Part shown: in pieces, positions 23,776 to 33,515 of the stretch
Layout: each line of letters begins with the position of its first letter
How positions within the stretch are numbered: position 1 is the first letter of the stretch
IMG/VR virus record: IMGVR_UViG_3300027863_000006
Reading direction: 5' to 3' (one strand)
DNA: 44,751 bases
Source of the DNA: a virus
The notes under the pieces: generated by a model
Told to the model about the DNA's origin: nothing
Seen by the model: only the letters and a program-made list of their open reading frames with translations
The model's database searches: none
Translations under genes and position numbers: made by a program

Positions 23776-25230
23776 TTACAGTTGGATTCCAATTGTTAAT
23801 TTTACAATTAAACCATCACCATTGTTCACAGTAACATAGCCATTGGCGTTTACCATACGGGCAAGTAAGTAAGCATACGCAGGATAGGCATGTGTGCCAT
23901 ACCACCCAATTTCTTTCACAGTTATAGCCCCACCTGAATCGTTCTTAAATGCAGCATACATATCAAACTTAACGGTTTTAGCCATCAAATCATAATACGG
24001 CGGGTCTACTATCGTCCCGAACCAACGCAATTGTCCAGCACCACTTCCATGGGGAATAATACTCTTTAGGGCTATATCTGTCATTGAAACAGCGGTGGGA
24101 TCAGTGCCAACAACAAGACCTGTGTTGGGGTTCCAACCATAGGTATTACCATAAGGGACAATAGACAATGGATTAAATACACGATAGTCATAACTTTCAA
24201 TTCGAGAGGTATTACTAATATCGAGTGCACCATACGATGTATAACCAGCCTGCCTATAAAGTAAGTCCATAAATTGCCTTACAAATCCCCCCGAGGCTCC
24301 CAGGGAGGTCTTTATGCGGCTATTCACCGTAATAGTAGAACCAGCATTAACCACCTTAGATGAACTGAAAACGTCACGAGCCATAACGTCATATCCACTC
24401 CAACTGTTTCCCTGATTTCTTGGTGCAAATAAAACAAAGCCATTAACAGTTACGGGGGATCCGCTTCCATTTGATGCAGAGCGGGTTATTGTAATCTGAC
24501 TGCTGGTAGCGTCTACAGCGGGTGGGGTTACACTTAGACCAGCATACTGTAATTGACCATTACCTGTTCCATTCAATATTCTACTAATAGGATAATGCTC
24601 GAATAGATGCACCGCTTGAGCAGAAGCGTCAAATATAAGTCCCGTCTCATAAGGGTAGCTGCTATGGGGGATAAAATTAAAAACAGTAGATGGCATAATA
24701 CTTCCCCCGGAGGTATATATCCTTTGATACCCACCTAAAACATGCCCGGTTGTATTAGAAAAAATAATCTTTATTCCATTACCCAAATACTGTATATCCC
24801 CCGTAATAGCAACACCCGTTGCATTCCATGAAGGTGGCGGGTAACCAACTTGGTCACCATAATACCACTTAAAGGTATCAGGTGTGCCTGTTCCATCTAT
24901 TTGAACTACTAACTGCCTAACGGTGCTACCGCCTGTGTAAGTAACTCCATAATCCCAAATGTGTAAATCGGGTAAACCAGAAATTACATGGGTAGCCATT
25001 CCCGGCATGCTAACCACATTATTAAATGCACCTATAGATAATTGAGAACACACAGCCTGTAAAGCCGTGATAAACCCACGTGTGAGACTATGACTTCTTC
25101 CGCTCTCAACTAACTCATCATCAATATACACATCTTTCTCAAGGAACAGGTTCTCCTTGTTAGCAATAAGGCTAAGCTCCACTGGCTTAAATCCCGCTTT
25201 CACAAAATCCATGAATATGTTAGTAGACAT
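23776..25230 (-). CDS. Tail fibre / receptor-binding protein candidate
   Basis: 484 aa, rich in G/S/T/N/Y and predicted beta-rich. It follows the 1235-aa tail protein. Confidence 0.45.
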   Translation of the reverse strand: MSTNIFMDFVKAGFKPVELSLIANKENLFLEKDVYIDDELVESGRSHSLTRGFITALQAVCSQLSIGAFNNVVSMPGMATHVISGLPDLHIWDYGVTYTGGSTVRQLVVQIDGTGTPDTFKWYYGDQVGYPPPSWNATGVAITGDIQYLGNGIKIIFSNTTGHVLGGYQRIYTSGGSIMPSTVFNFIPHSSYPYETGLIFDASAQAVHLFEHYPISRILNGTGNGQLQYAGLSVTPPAVDATSSQITITRSASNGSGSPVTVNGFVLFAPRNQGNSWSGYDVMARDVFSSSKVVNAGSTITVNSRIKTSLGASGGFVRQFMDLLYRQAGYTSYGALDISNTSRIESYDYRVFNPLSIVPYGNTYGWNPNTGLVVGTDPTAVSMTDIALKSIIPHGSGAGQLRWFGTIVDPPYYDLMAKTVKFDMYAAFKNDSGGAITVKEIGWYGTHAYPAYAYLLARMVNANGYVTVNNGDGLIVKLTIGIQL

Positions 25231-25241
25231 CTTACCTTCCC

Positions 25242-28200
25242 CTAAGCTACTGTGACAAAAGAAACCAAATCTATGGCGGTGTTATAGTTAGTAGCACCAC
25301 TCTTTATTCTATGTGCACTGGCATCATTACCATAAGTTCCTGTGCCTGTAACACTATTACCGTTCGGATATTGAATGAGAAATTGTGTAGAGCTCTGTAT
25401 CTCACGAATCACCCAATATGGATTATCTGTCGTATTATTTGCCTGAGTCATACCAGCCTGACAACCACTTATTCTTACCCAATCTCCCGTTGCCCAAGTA
25501 TCTACTACAGCATCTCTTAATGTTATCTGTATAGTCCCTGATGGATCATTAAGAATATTTTCAACCGCATACAACTTATCCCCAACCGCTTCGGTGGTTG
25601 TAGAAATTGCAACGCTTGAGACAATCTCTTGTAGTGTCATTTCCTGACCAGAGGGCTCGGGGATTTCCTCAAATTCGGTTGCAAGACCAGATAACTCAGC
25701 AGAAAATGTATCCCACGTAAAAGTTGCAAATCCAGCGTCAATGGTAATGTTACTCGCTGGCTCAGCCCAAACAGTCGCTCCCGTCTTAAAGAACTTTGGG
25801 CCCAAAACACATTGAGCCCCAGAGGATGCTGTAGAAATGGCTTTGTACCATATAATTGTGTCGAGAGGAAAATCACTTGTCACCGAATGACACTTTCTGG
25901 GCGGTGAATCCTCATAGATGATGTTATTCAGCTCTCCCGAGGAGAATCCCCAGTGCACCTCACCAACAGCCTCGACAAAACTTGTCCACACAATCGTTGC
26001 ACTTGTCCACGGGACACCATTAACATCCCAAAGATCCCCAGCCTGAAGATTACAACAGGATATACCAACGTGTGTGGGAATAGAATCTATCCTTGGTAGT
26101 TTTACCGTACTGGTAACCGCAGCTCCCCAGAGTACAATCGGAACTGTTGGGTCCCCACCGTATGCTGAAAACTCCATGCGTATATTCCGATGAGGATAAC
26201 GTGGAAGCCTGTAGTTTCGGTTTACAGAACCGCTCCCGGAGAGTGTGTACTGGTCACCTCTATCGGTCGTGAACTTAATTTTCCACTGGGTTGAGCTCGG
26301 GGCAGTTAACTTCAAGAACAAAAATGATGGCGTCTTCTCATATTCAGGCATATCATAATCGTTCGCATAGGTCTTGATATAAAGTGGGTCATCTTCAGTA
26401 GGAACAAGGTAATCCCCAGATGACACATACTTTTGACTTTTATCATAGACAAATGATACGCCTGTGATAGGATCAGCGGTTAATTCAGTAAAGCTCGACA
26501 ATAGAAATGTAAACCGAGAGAATATCTTTCTGGGAAACCAATATACTAATGCCTTCATCCCGACAACGCTGGGACCGTTGAACAAATACAGCTCGTCAGT
26601 ATGAGGATTGTAGTATAAACGACGGTTCGAATCAGGCTGATAATCACTATCATAGTATTTGTGAACAACCTCACCGAGATTAATAAACTTCTGAAAATCT
26701 GTTATCCCAAGTGTATTCCCAGCATATACTACACCATAAGGCGTCGACACTACCCCCTTACGAGAAATACCTGAAACGGGAAATATAGCCTTAGCACTCA
26801 ATCCCAATGCATCTATCACAGCAATAGATGAGGTATCCCATACAACAAGATTACCAGTTAAACCATCTGTAATTATCCCAATGGGGCTAAGATTCCTGCC
26901 TATAAGCTTAATAACATTCTCCTGAGGGAAAATATCTGGAGCCTCTGCTGTACCTACGGCACTGTAAGTAATATACCCGTTCTCTTTCCTAACAGCGAAG
27001 AATTTGCCCATGCTGTAGGACATAGCCGAAAACACATCATTCAGACTAAACTTATTCTCAATGAATGTATTCTTAGGCTTATCAACAACGGCAAAAGATC
27101 CGCCACTAACTTTATATGTTACCTTACAAGGATTATAGAATGTAGTCTCACTTGTTACAAAATCAAGTGTATATCCCAAGCTCTTATCAAGACTTACGCC
27201 TAACGCTGGCGTGTTGACATAAAACCAATCCATAACGCCATAGCGTGTGCTACCAAATGGGCGGTCATTCTGTGATACACGGGTGAAGAAATGTGTATCA
27301 ACATCGTAGTTAAAGAACTTAATCGTCAGATCGGAGGTCGAATAAATGTTAGACCACTCGGAAACTCCGAAAGGCTTAAACTCTACCTTTGAGGAAGACG
27401 AGGGTGTATCGGTTAAGCTCACCTCATCATAGTAAAGATATTCTGCTGGTGAAAAGTTAGCACTACTACTTCCCCTTAATGCATGTCCACGCTCATCTAA
27501 TAACTCACTGATTTTTGTTCCTGTCTCTCTTACCGCAAGATAGATCCGCATTGATTTAACATTTGGCGGAAGTGTAACGGTGTTAGGTTGAATGTGAAAC
27601 GTAGTCCAATACTTCGATGCCACATTATTCTCTATGAGTAATCCCCACCCACCCCCGATATCATTCTGTATGGGCAAAAACTCTTGCCCATCATCAGTGA
27701 CAAAGGTAACCCGAACTCTTGCGGCATAATGTTTACTTGTGATATTCGGGTCTACTGTTATCCTTGGGTCATTTGCTGAGATCTGCTGTTGAAAATATGT
27801 CGCCGAAATGAATACTTGTGCCTCTTTTGAGAAATCTGCTGAAATCGGCAGATACTTTGAGAACACATTGTGAGTGCAAGGAGCTTTGGCATCCCACGGA
27901 TTTGGCGGGGATACATAAACATATTCCTTAGCCCCAACAGGAACAGAGGTCTTCCCTAAACCCCATTTAGAAGAGCTATTCTTTATATCATCAAATAGGT
28001 CGCAATCCCCGGGAAGAAATGACTTGCTGTCAAACTTCTCAACAACCCTATTGCCATTTGTAGATGTATTTAGTGGGTAAACTCTTGTAAAGTTACCCAT
28101 TTGAAACATATAGACATCACGAGCGGTACTGTCATCTACATCAGTATCATTAGGAAGTGTATTCCACCTCCAATGAGTATTAACCTTGTCCACAAAGTAT

Positions 28201-28949
28201 GGAGTTAAACTGTGAGACCATATTTTGTAGGTTCGTGAAGTAAACGTATAGGGATATGTATATGTAAAGAAAAGACTCCAACCATCAATCAGAAGAAAGT
28301 AACAAACTCCCAGATTACCCGTATATCTTACAACATGATATACCAGAGCCTTAACCTCTCCATCAGTGCTCTCTACGTAAGCAGCGTTCATTAGAACATC
28401 ATCCACAGCCCCAGAGGCACTCGCTGTCACATAAAATGGAATGAGTGTATAGGCAGCAACGTGCCCAAAATCACTATGTTGCTTAAGATGGTAAAGATAC
28501 TTATTGGGCGTATTCTCCAGCACATCAACAATATCAAACTCCCAATAATGAGGCGATACCCCAGAAGCCATAGGAAGACCATCAGAAGCTGAGGCTGCCT
28601 GCAAGGTTAAATCGGGAGAGGGGGGTGTAAATTCCTGAACAGTCCCGGTGCCTCCCTCTGAGATAGCGAGAACCTTACTGCCGTCTGATTTTTTAGAAAG
28701 AATATACAAGTCATCGCCAGTGCTCAATCTTAGATACTTTATCACATCGTAGGTATTCGTATCAATTCCAAAGGGTTTTGAGATCCAATTGTGAACACTG
28801 GTAATACCGCCTAAATTTGAACTGAAATCAGCATTATTCGCCTCTAAAGCCCCTTTAACATTTAGGGGGTCTTTGAGGTTCTGAACAATGCCGAGATTCA
28901 GATCAGCAAAGTCTATCTTCCGATAATTATCACTTTGTTTGGGCAGCAT
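25242..28949 (-). CDS. Large (1235 aa) tail structural protein candidate
   Basis: Uninterrupted ORF with beta-rich composition, placed between connector-like genes and the fibre candidate. No motif was recognised. Confidence 0.45.
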   Translation of the reverse strand: MLPKQSDNYRKIDFADLNLGIVQNLKDPLNVKGALEANNADFSSNLGGITSVHNWISKPFGIDTNTYDVIKYLRLSTGDDLYILSKKSDGSKVLAISEGGTGTVQEFTPPSPDLTLQAASASDGLPMASGVSPHYWEFDIVDVLENTPNKYLYHLKQHSDFGHVAAYTLIPFYVTASASGAVDDVLMNAAYVESTDGEVKALVYHVVRYTGNLGVCYFLLIDGWSLFFTYTYPYTFTSRTYKIWSHSLTPYFVDKVNTHWRWNTLPNDTDVDDSTARDVYMFQMGNFTRVYPLNTSTNGNRVVEKFDSKSFLPGDCDLFDDIKNSSSKWGLGKTSVPVGAKEYVYVSPPNPWDAKAPCTHNVFSKYLPISADFSKEAQVFISATYFQQQISANDPRITVDPNITSKHYAARVRVTFVTDDGQEFLPIQNDIGGGWGLLIENNVASKYWTTFHIQPNTVTLPPNVKSMRIYLAVRETGTKISELLDERGHALRGSSSANFSPAEYLYYDEVSLTDTPSSSSKVEFKPFGVSEWSNIYSTSDLTIKFFNYDVDTHFFTRVSQNDRPFGSTRYGVMDWFYVNTPALGVSLDKSLGYTLDFVTSETTFYNPCKVTYKVSGGSFAVVDKPKNTFIENKFSLNDVFSAMSYSMGKFFAVRKENGYITYSAVGTAEAPDIFPQENVIKLIGRNLSPIGIITDGLTGNLVVWDTSSIAVIDALGLSAKAIFPVSGISRKGVVSTPYGVVYAGNTLGITDFQKFINLGEVVHKYYDSDYQPDSNRRLYYNPHTDELYLFNGPSVVGMKALVYWFPRKIFSRFTFLLSSFTELTADPITGVSFVYDKSQKYVSSGDYLVPTEDDPLYIKTYANDYDMPEYEKTPSFLFLKLTAPSSTQWKIKFTTDRGDQYTLSGSGSVNRNYRLPRYPHRNIRMEFSAYGGDPTVPIVLWGAAVTSTVKLPRIDSIPTHVGISCCNLQAGDLWDVNGVPWTSATIVWTSFVEAVGEVHWGFSSGELNNIIYEDSPPRKCHSVTSDFPLDTIIWYKAISTASSGAQCVLGPKFFKTGATVWAEPASNITIDAGFATFTWDTFSAELSGLATEFEEIPEPSGQEMTLQEIVSSVAISTTTEAVGDKLYAVENILNDPSGTIQITLRDAVVDTWATGDWVRISGCQAGMTQANNTTDNPYWVIREIQSSTQFLIQYPNGNSVTGTGTYGNDASAHRIKSGATNYNTAIDLVSFVTVA

Positions 28950-29538
28950 TTTCTTTTATCGGCATCCATGAGAACTTAGACAATTCCGCCATATAGGAGT
29001 TCAATTGGCTCTGTAAATGTGCTGGGTTTTCCCACTCCCCTTTCACAGCAAGTAGAAACATCAGATAGTTGATGAATGCATTGTCAACTTCATTCGAGAA
29101 CTCAGTCTGGTCGGAGTCATTTACAAGAACCATGCCCTTAGGAGCCCACTCTAAACCCAGCTTCACTGCAACATTTGGAGTAACTCCCGCAAGACTTACT
29201 TTTCTGGATGTGGATGTAAAATAATAGGTATAGCTTGGATATACAGGCATAACCCCCGTCTCAATCAATAAATATTGTGGAACATACGCAAGGGGGCGTC
29301 CTGATTGTGTTGCAGTCTTTACTCGTATATACTCGCCTTTCGTCGGGTCAGTAAGAGTGAATGAATAAGAACTCCCTGTAGGCGTAACATCTACAACCTG
29401 AATCAGACTCTCCGATAGCAACGCAATTGTGCGGTAAGCATCGTTTGCCACCACCAAGATCTGGTTCGGCGTATAAGGCACTTTAATAAAGGGGTTAATC
29501 TCTAACCCCACACGAGCAAGAACTTCACTGATTGTCAT
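28930..29538 (-). CDS. Head-tail connector / adaptor-like protein (paralogue set 3 of 3)
   Basis: 202 aa. Shares layout and the ...GEYIRV...GRPLAYVP motif with the two upstream genes. ATGA-type overlaps. Confidence 0.4.
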   Translation of the reverse strand: MTISEVLARVGLEINPFIKVPYTPNQILVVANDAYRTIALLSESLIQVVDVTPTGSSYSFTLTDPTKGEYIRVKTATQSGRPLAYVPQYLLIETGVMPVYPSYTYYFTSTSRKVSLAGVTPNVAVKLGLEWAPKGMVLVNDSDQTEFSNEVDNAFINYLMFLLAVKGEWENPAHLQSQLNSYMAELSKFSWMPIKENAAQTK

Positions 29539-30107
29539 ACCGTTTGTACCTCAATTTGTGCTAAGTATTGCTGAGCTAACATAAGAATTGAAGACCTAAA
29601 TTGGTCATGGAAACATTGAGGAATGTCTGTAGCCCCACCCCTACTATATCGTGGGACACTAACCCAAATAACCGTCAATGTTGCTGTCCCAGAATTATTC
29701 ATAGACCAATCGGGGGAAACCGCCTTATATGTTCCACCATCGTTGTGAACAGCCACATGGGAATACGGACGCAATGAGTAAATGAAATCTTTTCTTGGCA
29801 TACCTCTGAGAACTATTAGCGGGCGACCATCGAGAGTTGCCTCATAAATCCCAACAAAGGTATCATCAAAGGTAATCACCAAATCACCAGCACCTGTTAT
29901 ACTTTGAGAGGACTTCTTCATATAGGGCACAAGTGCATCAAAATCCTTATCAGCTATAGCCTTCCGAGCTATTTGCTGAATCGCAGAGTTAAGTGCATCC
30001 TCCCGCTGCTGGGCTGAATACCAGATGCCATTATCAGCAGCAAACTCCACCTTATCCGCAACCATTGCGGCAAGATCAACCGACATTTGGTCAAATAGAG
30101 CAGCCAT
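29535..30107 (-). CDS. Head-tail connector / adaptor-like protein (paralogue set 2 of 3)
   Basis: 190 aa. ...VGIYEATLDGRPLIVLRG. Confidence 0.4.
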   Translation of the reverse strand: MAALFDQMSVDLAAMVADKVEFAADNGIWYSAQQREDALNSAIQQIARKAIADKDFDALVPYMKKSSQSITGAGDLVITFDDTFVGIYEATLDGRPLIVLRGMPRKDFIYSLRPYSHVAVHNDGGTYKAVSPDWSMNNSGTATLTVIWVSVPRYSRGGATDIPQCFHDQFRSSILMLAQQYLAQIEVQTV

Positions 30108-30117
30108 ATTCTACCCT

Positions 30118-30768
30118 TTAGAAATAAGGCGACTTCATTTTTGTTCTTAACTTAGTTGCATCCTCAACTCCAGCAACTCCACGGATATAAGCATCTACAA
30201 AGTTCTTACTGCGTGCCAGCCAAACTTCAATTGCCTGAGGATTAACATGCCGTGGATCTACATATCCGCTGAGAGCCAAATCTGCTGCAACTCTAAACTT
30301 AGATGCTTCTACAAGCACCGCTGGAAGAGGTATACCTGTAGCATCCATCGTCAACTGCGGAGATGCTACGTATCTGATAGTATAGGTCTTGGTGGATGTA
30401 TCTGGATAAAAACCAATCTTGTTAGGGGGAACGATGTAATATGCCTCTGTGAAGAAAGCATTTGTGGGATTCGCCTTTAGCCTTTGATACGAATCATAAT
30501 CAATACGGGGTATCTCGGTGGTCCCCCATGATTCAGCCGATGGGCGATACACGCCTCGCACCAAAACATATCCCTCTGGCAAATCGTGCAATGTTCCAGA
30601 GCCATCCGCTGTAATATCGACAAATTGCTCAAGCGGAGCAACCGTAAAGACTATCTCGTCAACCACGGTCTGAAGGGCAGAGAGAATAATCTGGTCATCC
30701 TGAATAAACTCCATCCCTCTATCGTGGATTAAATCACGAACTCCTGTTATTACTTCCTTGACGGTCAT
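30118..30768 (-). CDS. Head-tail connector / adaptor-like protein (paralogue set 1 of 3)
   Basis: 216 aa. An N-terminal helix (MTVKEVITGVRDLI) followed by a beta domain (GYVLVRGVYRPS). Confidence 0.4.
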   Translation of the reverse strand: MTVKEVITGVRDLIHDRGMEFIQDDQIILSALQTVVDEIVFTVAPLEQFVDITADGSGTLHDLPEGYVLVRGVYRPSAESWGTTEIPRIDYDSYQRLKANPTNAFFTEAYYIVPPNKIGFYPDTSTKTYTIRYVASPQLTMDATGIPLPAVLVEASKFRVAADLALSGYVDPRHVNPQAIEVWLARSKNFVDAYIRGVAGVEDATKLRTKMKSPYF

Positions 30769-30866
30769 CTGATTTCTCCTTAACTTCCTTTTCCTTTGCC
30801 ATTGAGGCTAAATCTATAGCCCAATTAAAGAGTATCGCAGCCAACTCACCAACATACATAAGCGAG

Positions 30867-31115
30867 TTAACCTTCCTCTGAATCCCCTTTATTATTGTTT
30901 CCATTCTCGAACTTCTTTTGAATTACCTTACCAACCAGAATCGACGTTAGTATACTAACCTTCTCCCATGTGGGGAGATATACCCCCTGACCAAAGAGAT
31001 TAACCATCCAGTCTATAACGAAACATATAAGAACAATTAACTGGGTGATCCGCCACAATGAAAGCTTGCCATTACTTTCGCTGAGTATCTCTGTGATTTT
31101 CATTTCTCTGCTCAA
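30867..31115 (-). CDS. Two-TM small membrane protein, holin candidate
   Basis: TM1 LWRITQLIVLICFVIDWMVNLF, TM2 VSILTSILVGKVI, and a charged C-terminus KKFENGNNNKGDSEEG. Confidence 0.4.
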   Translation of the reverse strand: MSREMKITEILSESNGKLSLWRITQLIVLICFVIDWMVNLFGQGVYLPTWEKVSILTSILVGKVIQKKFENGNNNKGDSEEG

Positions 31116-31320
31116 TTAGATACTGTTCTATTCGGTCGAGCTTCTGATCCATACTCTCTAAACGTTTTTCCAACACTGATACACGTTGCTCCAGCACACG
31201 CCCCTCTGTTTGTCCGTAATAGCTACCCATACGAGCAACAATAACGCCAGCAGAGAAAATTACACTGGAAACAAAAATCGCCAGCGTAAGCCAGAATCTA
31301 CCGTTGTTTAGAACCTGCAT
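31072..31320 (-). CDS. Single-TM coiled-coil membrane protein. Holin, antiholin or spanin-like.
   Basis: TM FWLTLAIFVSSVIFSAGVIVA followed by the coiled coil LEQRVSVLEKRLESMDQKLDRIEQYL. Confidence 0.4.
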   Translation of the reverse strand: MQVLNNGRFWLTLAIFVSSVIFSAGVIVARMGSYYGQTEGRVLEQRVSVLEKRLESMDQKLDRIEQYLIEQRNENHRDTQRK

Positions 31321-31328
31321 TTTACCAC

Positions 31329-31688
31329 CTATTCACTCAATTTCTGAGGTTTGAATTTCAATATCCCCCTTATTGGATACCATACATCACCACCACCAAA
31401 ATCTACCTTCAATCGGAACTGATAGTCTACTGCTTGGGTTACCTCATAGGGAGACCAAGTAACCTGTATAATCCCATTAGCACTATCCGTAATCTCCAAA
31501 CCGTTACCAATTGATTTGGTAAACAGCGGCTGAACATTTGAGAATATATCTACATCCTCTGCGAATATCTGAAACTGAATAGTACCAACAAATCCTGACA
31601 AGTTATACGGATTCCCGCTGGCATCGAGTAAGGAAATCTCCAACACGTTCTTACTATCTATGTACAAGTGAAATACCTGTAAACTCAT
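31329..31688 (-). CDS. Small beta-sandwich (Ig-like) virion protein candidate
   Basis: 119 aa with an alternating beta pattern. ATGA overlap with the LamG gene. Confidence 0.35.
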   Translation of the reverse strand: MSLQVFHLYIDSKNVLEISLLDASGNPYNLSGFVGTIQFQIFAEDVDIFSNVQPLFTKSIGNGLEITDSANGIIQVTWSPYEVTQAVDYQFRLKVDFGGGDVWYPIRGILKFKPQKLSE

Positions 31689-33115
31689 GGCAAAACCTTT
31701 CCTTTAGAACCTTCAAATATATCTATTACCCTCGCACTACCAGTAATCTTCTTCCACTCCTTACCAACACCCTGAACCTTCATAGGTGCAGTTACGGCAG
31801 CCAAAAGGAGAAGAGGCAGAATCCATGTTGATACTCTAAATTCAGCGGAAGATTTGTTAACCAATATCTCCGAAAATATTTCATTCCTGTAATTCTGTAT
31901 ATCAACAAGCTTGTGTTGTGCAATAAGGTTCTCCAGAAGATATAACATCGGAACATCTACTACATTACCTGAGTGTAGCAATACCTCATGCAATACCTCC
32001 TTCCAGCCGTATTTATCAACTACCAATGAGAGTGAGTTGAGAACTTCCAGCAAAACATCCTTGTAGTGCTGTTTATCAAGAACAGACCCTAAATGGTTTA
32101 CTATATCAAGAAGGTAATCCACATAGTGTTGAACATCTGACCAAACAAAAGAAGACCTGTTAACTTCAGTTAACACATCTATGTAAGACTTTATATCAGT
32201 GATAAGACCTGAAGACTGTAGTGTCTCAATGAGATTTTCTATGTAGAGCTTTATGTCGGTCTCACTATGAGAGATAGAGTTAACCTCTGAGAAAGACTCT
32301 ACATAGGTTTGAAAATCCTTAAAACTTGTTAGTGAAGACAAATTTTCGCTCAATGTCTCGTTGTAGACCTGTGGGATAAATACAACAAAGAATCTCTTGG
32401 TTCTCCCCGTAGCCCAATTGTAGTATTCTGAAATCTCTTGCGGAAGAACCAATCTTCCTAAGATAGCAAACTCTGAAACACCTCCATTTAACATGCCATG
32501 TAAGTAGCCGCTATACTGTCTTTCCCCAATGGTTGGAGGATTAGTTGCGTCATTCAATGTAATCGGAAGCCCTATTGCTGAATTAGCGTTTGAACCATAA
32601 AGATTACCATCAATATACAATCTAACCATCTTCTCTGACGCTGACCATGTCATAGCGTAGAAATACCATCTACCCAAAGCAACCGTTGGACCCGTTACTG
32701 AAGCAGCATTATTACCAGAGTTGTCCCGCATATAACCTGTAATTGTCTGTGTTGTAGGACCAAACCTTAAAAACCACAACCCGTTTGCCGAACCATCATA
32801 GTTGGCAAAGACCGCATGCTCCTCACTACTTGCCCAGCTATTCAATTTTGCCCAACACAATAGACTTATATCCCCAGATCCGGGAGAGAAAACTGCATCA
32901 TCCGTAAACCTAATGTATGAACCGCTGGGATCAGAAATCCTTACAAACCCCATCCCTCCGCCGAACCTGCCGGGAGCTCTAACAAGAGATATGGGCGTGC
33001 CATTATGCCCCTTACCCGTGTAATCTGCACAATTATCAACTAATGGCAGCCACACATTCAGTGTGGGGTCGCCTGAGAAAAAGACACCAACAGCACCCTT
33101 ACGATAGTTAGGCAT
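31685..33115 (-). CDS. LamG / concanavalin-A-like lectin domain protein with a helical-repeat stalk and C-terminal hydrophobic segment
   Basis: GDISLLCWAKLNSW and LGRWYFYAMTWSASEKMVRLYIDGNLYGS are classic Laminin_G_3 patterns. Residues about 249-422 form roughly nine 19-20-aa repeats, followed by WILPLLLLAAVTAP. Confidence 0.7.
   Translation of the reverse strand: MPNYRKGAVGVFFSGDPTLNVWLPLVDNCADYTGKGHNGTPISLVRAPGRFGGGMGFVRISDPSGSYIRFTDDAVFSPGSGDISLLCWAKLNSWASSEEHAVFANYDGSANGLWFLRFGPTTQTITGYMRDNSGNNAASVTGPTVALGRWYFYAMTWSASEKMVRLYIDGNLYGSNANSAIGLPITLNDATNPPTIGERQYSGYLHGMLNGGVSEFAILGRLVLPQEISEYYNWATGRTKRFFVVFIPQVYNETLSENLSSLTSFKDFQTYVESFSEVNSISHSETDIKLYIENLIETLQSSGLITDIKSYIDVLTEVNRSSFVWSDVQHYVDYLLDIVNHLGSVLDKQHYKDVLLEVLNSLSLVVDKYGWKEVLHEVLLHSGNVVDVPMLYLLENLIAQHKLVDIQNYRNEIFSEILVNKSSAEFRVSTWILPLLLLAAVTAPMKVQGVGKEWKKITGSARVIDIFEGSKGKVLP
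31850..32371. repeat. About nine tandem coding repeats of roughly 57-60 nt (19-20 aa) inside the LamG gene
   Basis: Peptide units include TDIKLYIENLIETLQSSGLI, TDIKSYIDVLTEVNRSSFVW, SDVQHYVDYLLDIVNHLGSV, LDKQHYKDVLLEVLNSLSLV, VDKYGWKEVLHEVLLHSGNV and more. The consensus is D.x.Y...L.E.L. Confidence 0.7.
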
Positions 33116-33507
33116 TACTGCTTAATCCCTTGATAACTCGCTGAGTTTCCACTGGATGATAGAGCAGCACCTGTCGCATTCTTTACTGCTATCTTAAAAT
33201 ACTTAGGAGATACCCACAATGCATTCAATATAGAGAATGTACCCGTATTAGGTGTAACACTCAAAGAAACCTCTCCTAACCGAAGACCACTCTCCCATGT
33301 AGCAAAGTTAGTTCCGTCCATAGATGGAAGAATTCTGACCTCGCAAAAGGCATTGGTCGCCGCAGTTCCCGCTATCGTTACCTCTATCAAGTAGTCTTGA
33401 TAAAGGTCGGTGGAGTTATCAACCGCATTTGATATAGCTACGCTACCATTTGCCAGACCATTGAGGGATATGGTAAACGCAGTTTTTGTGCCATAAGTTA
33501 AAGCCAT
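33115..33507 (-). CDS. Small beta-rich capsid-associated protein candidate
   Basis: 130 aa, within the head-proximal structural gene run. Confidence 0.35.
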   Translation of the reverse strand: MALTYGTKTAFTISLNGLANGSVAISNAVDNSTDLYQDYLIEVTIAGTAATNAFCEVRILPSMDGTNFATWESGLRLGEVSLSVTPNTGTFSILNALWVSPKYFKIAVKNATGAALSSSGNSASYQGIKQ

Positions 33508-33515
33508 TACTTACC

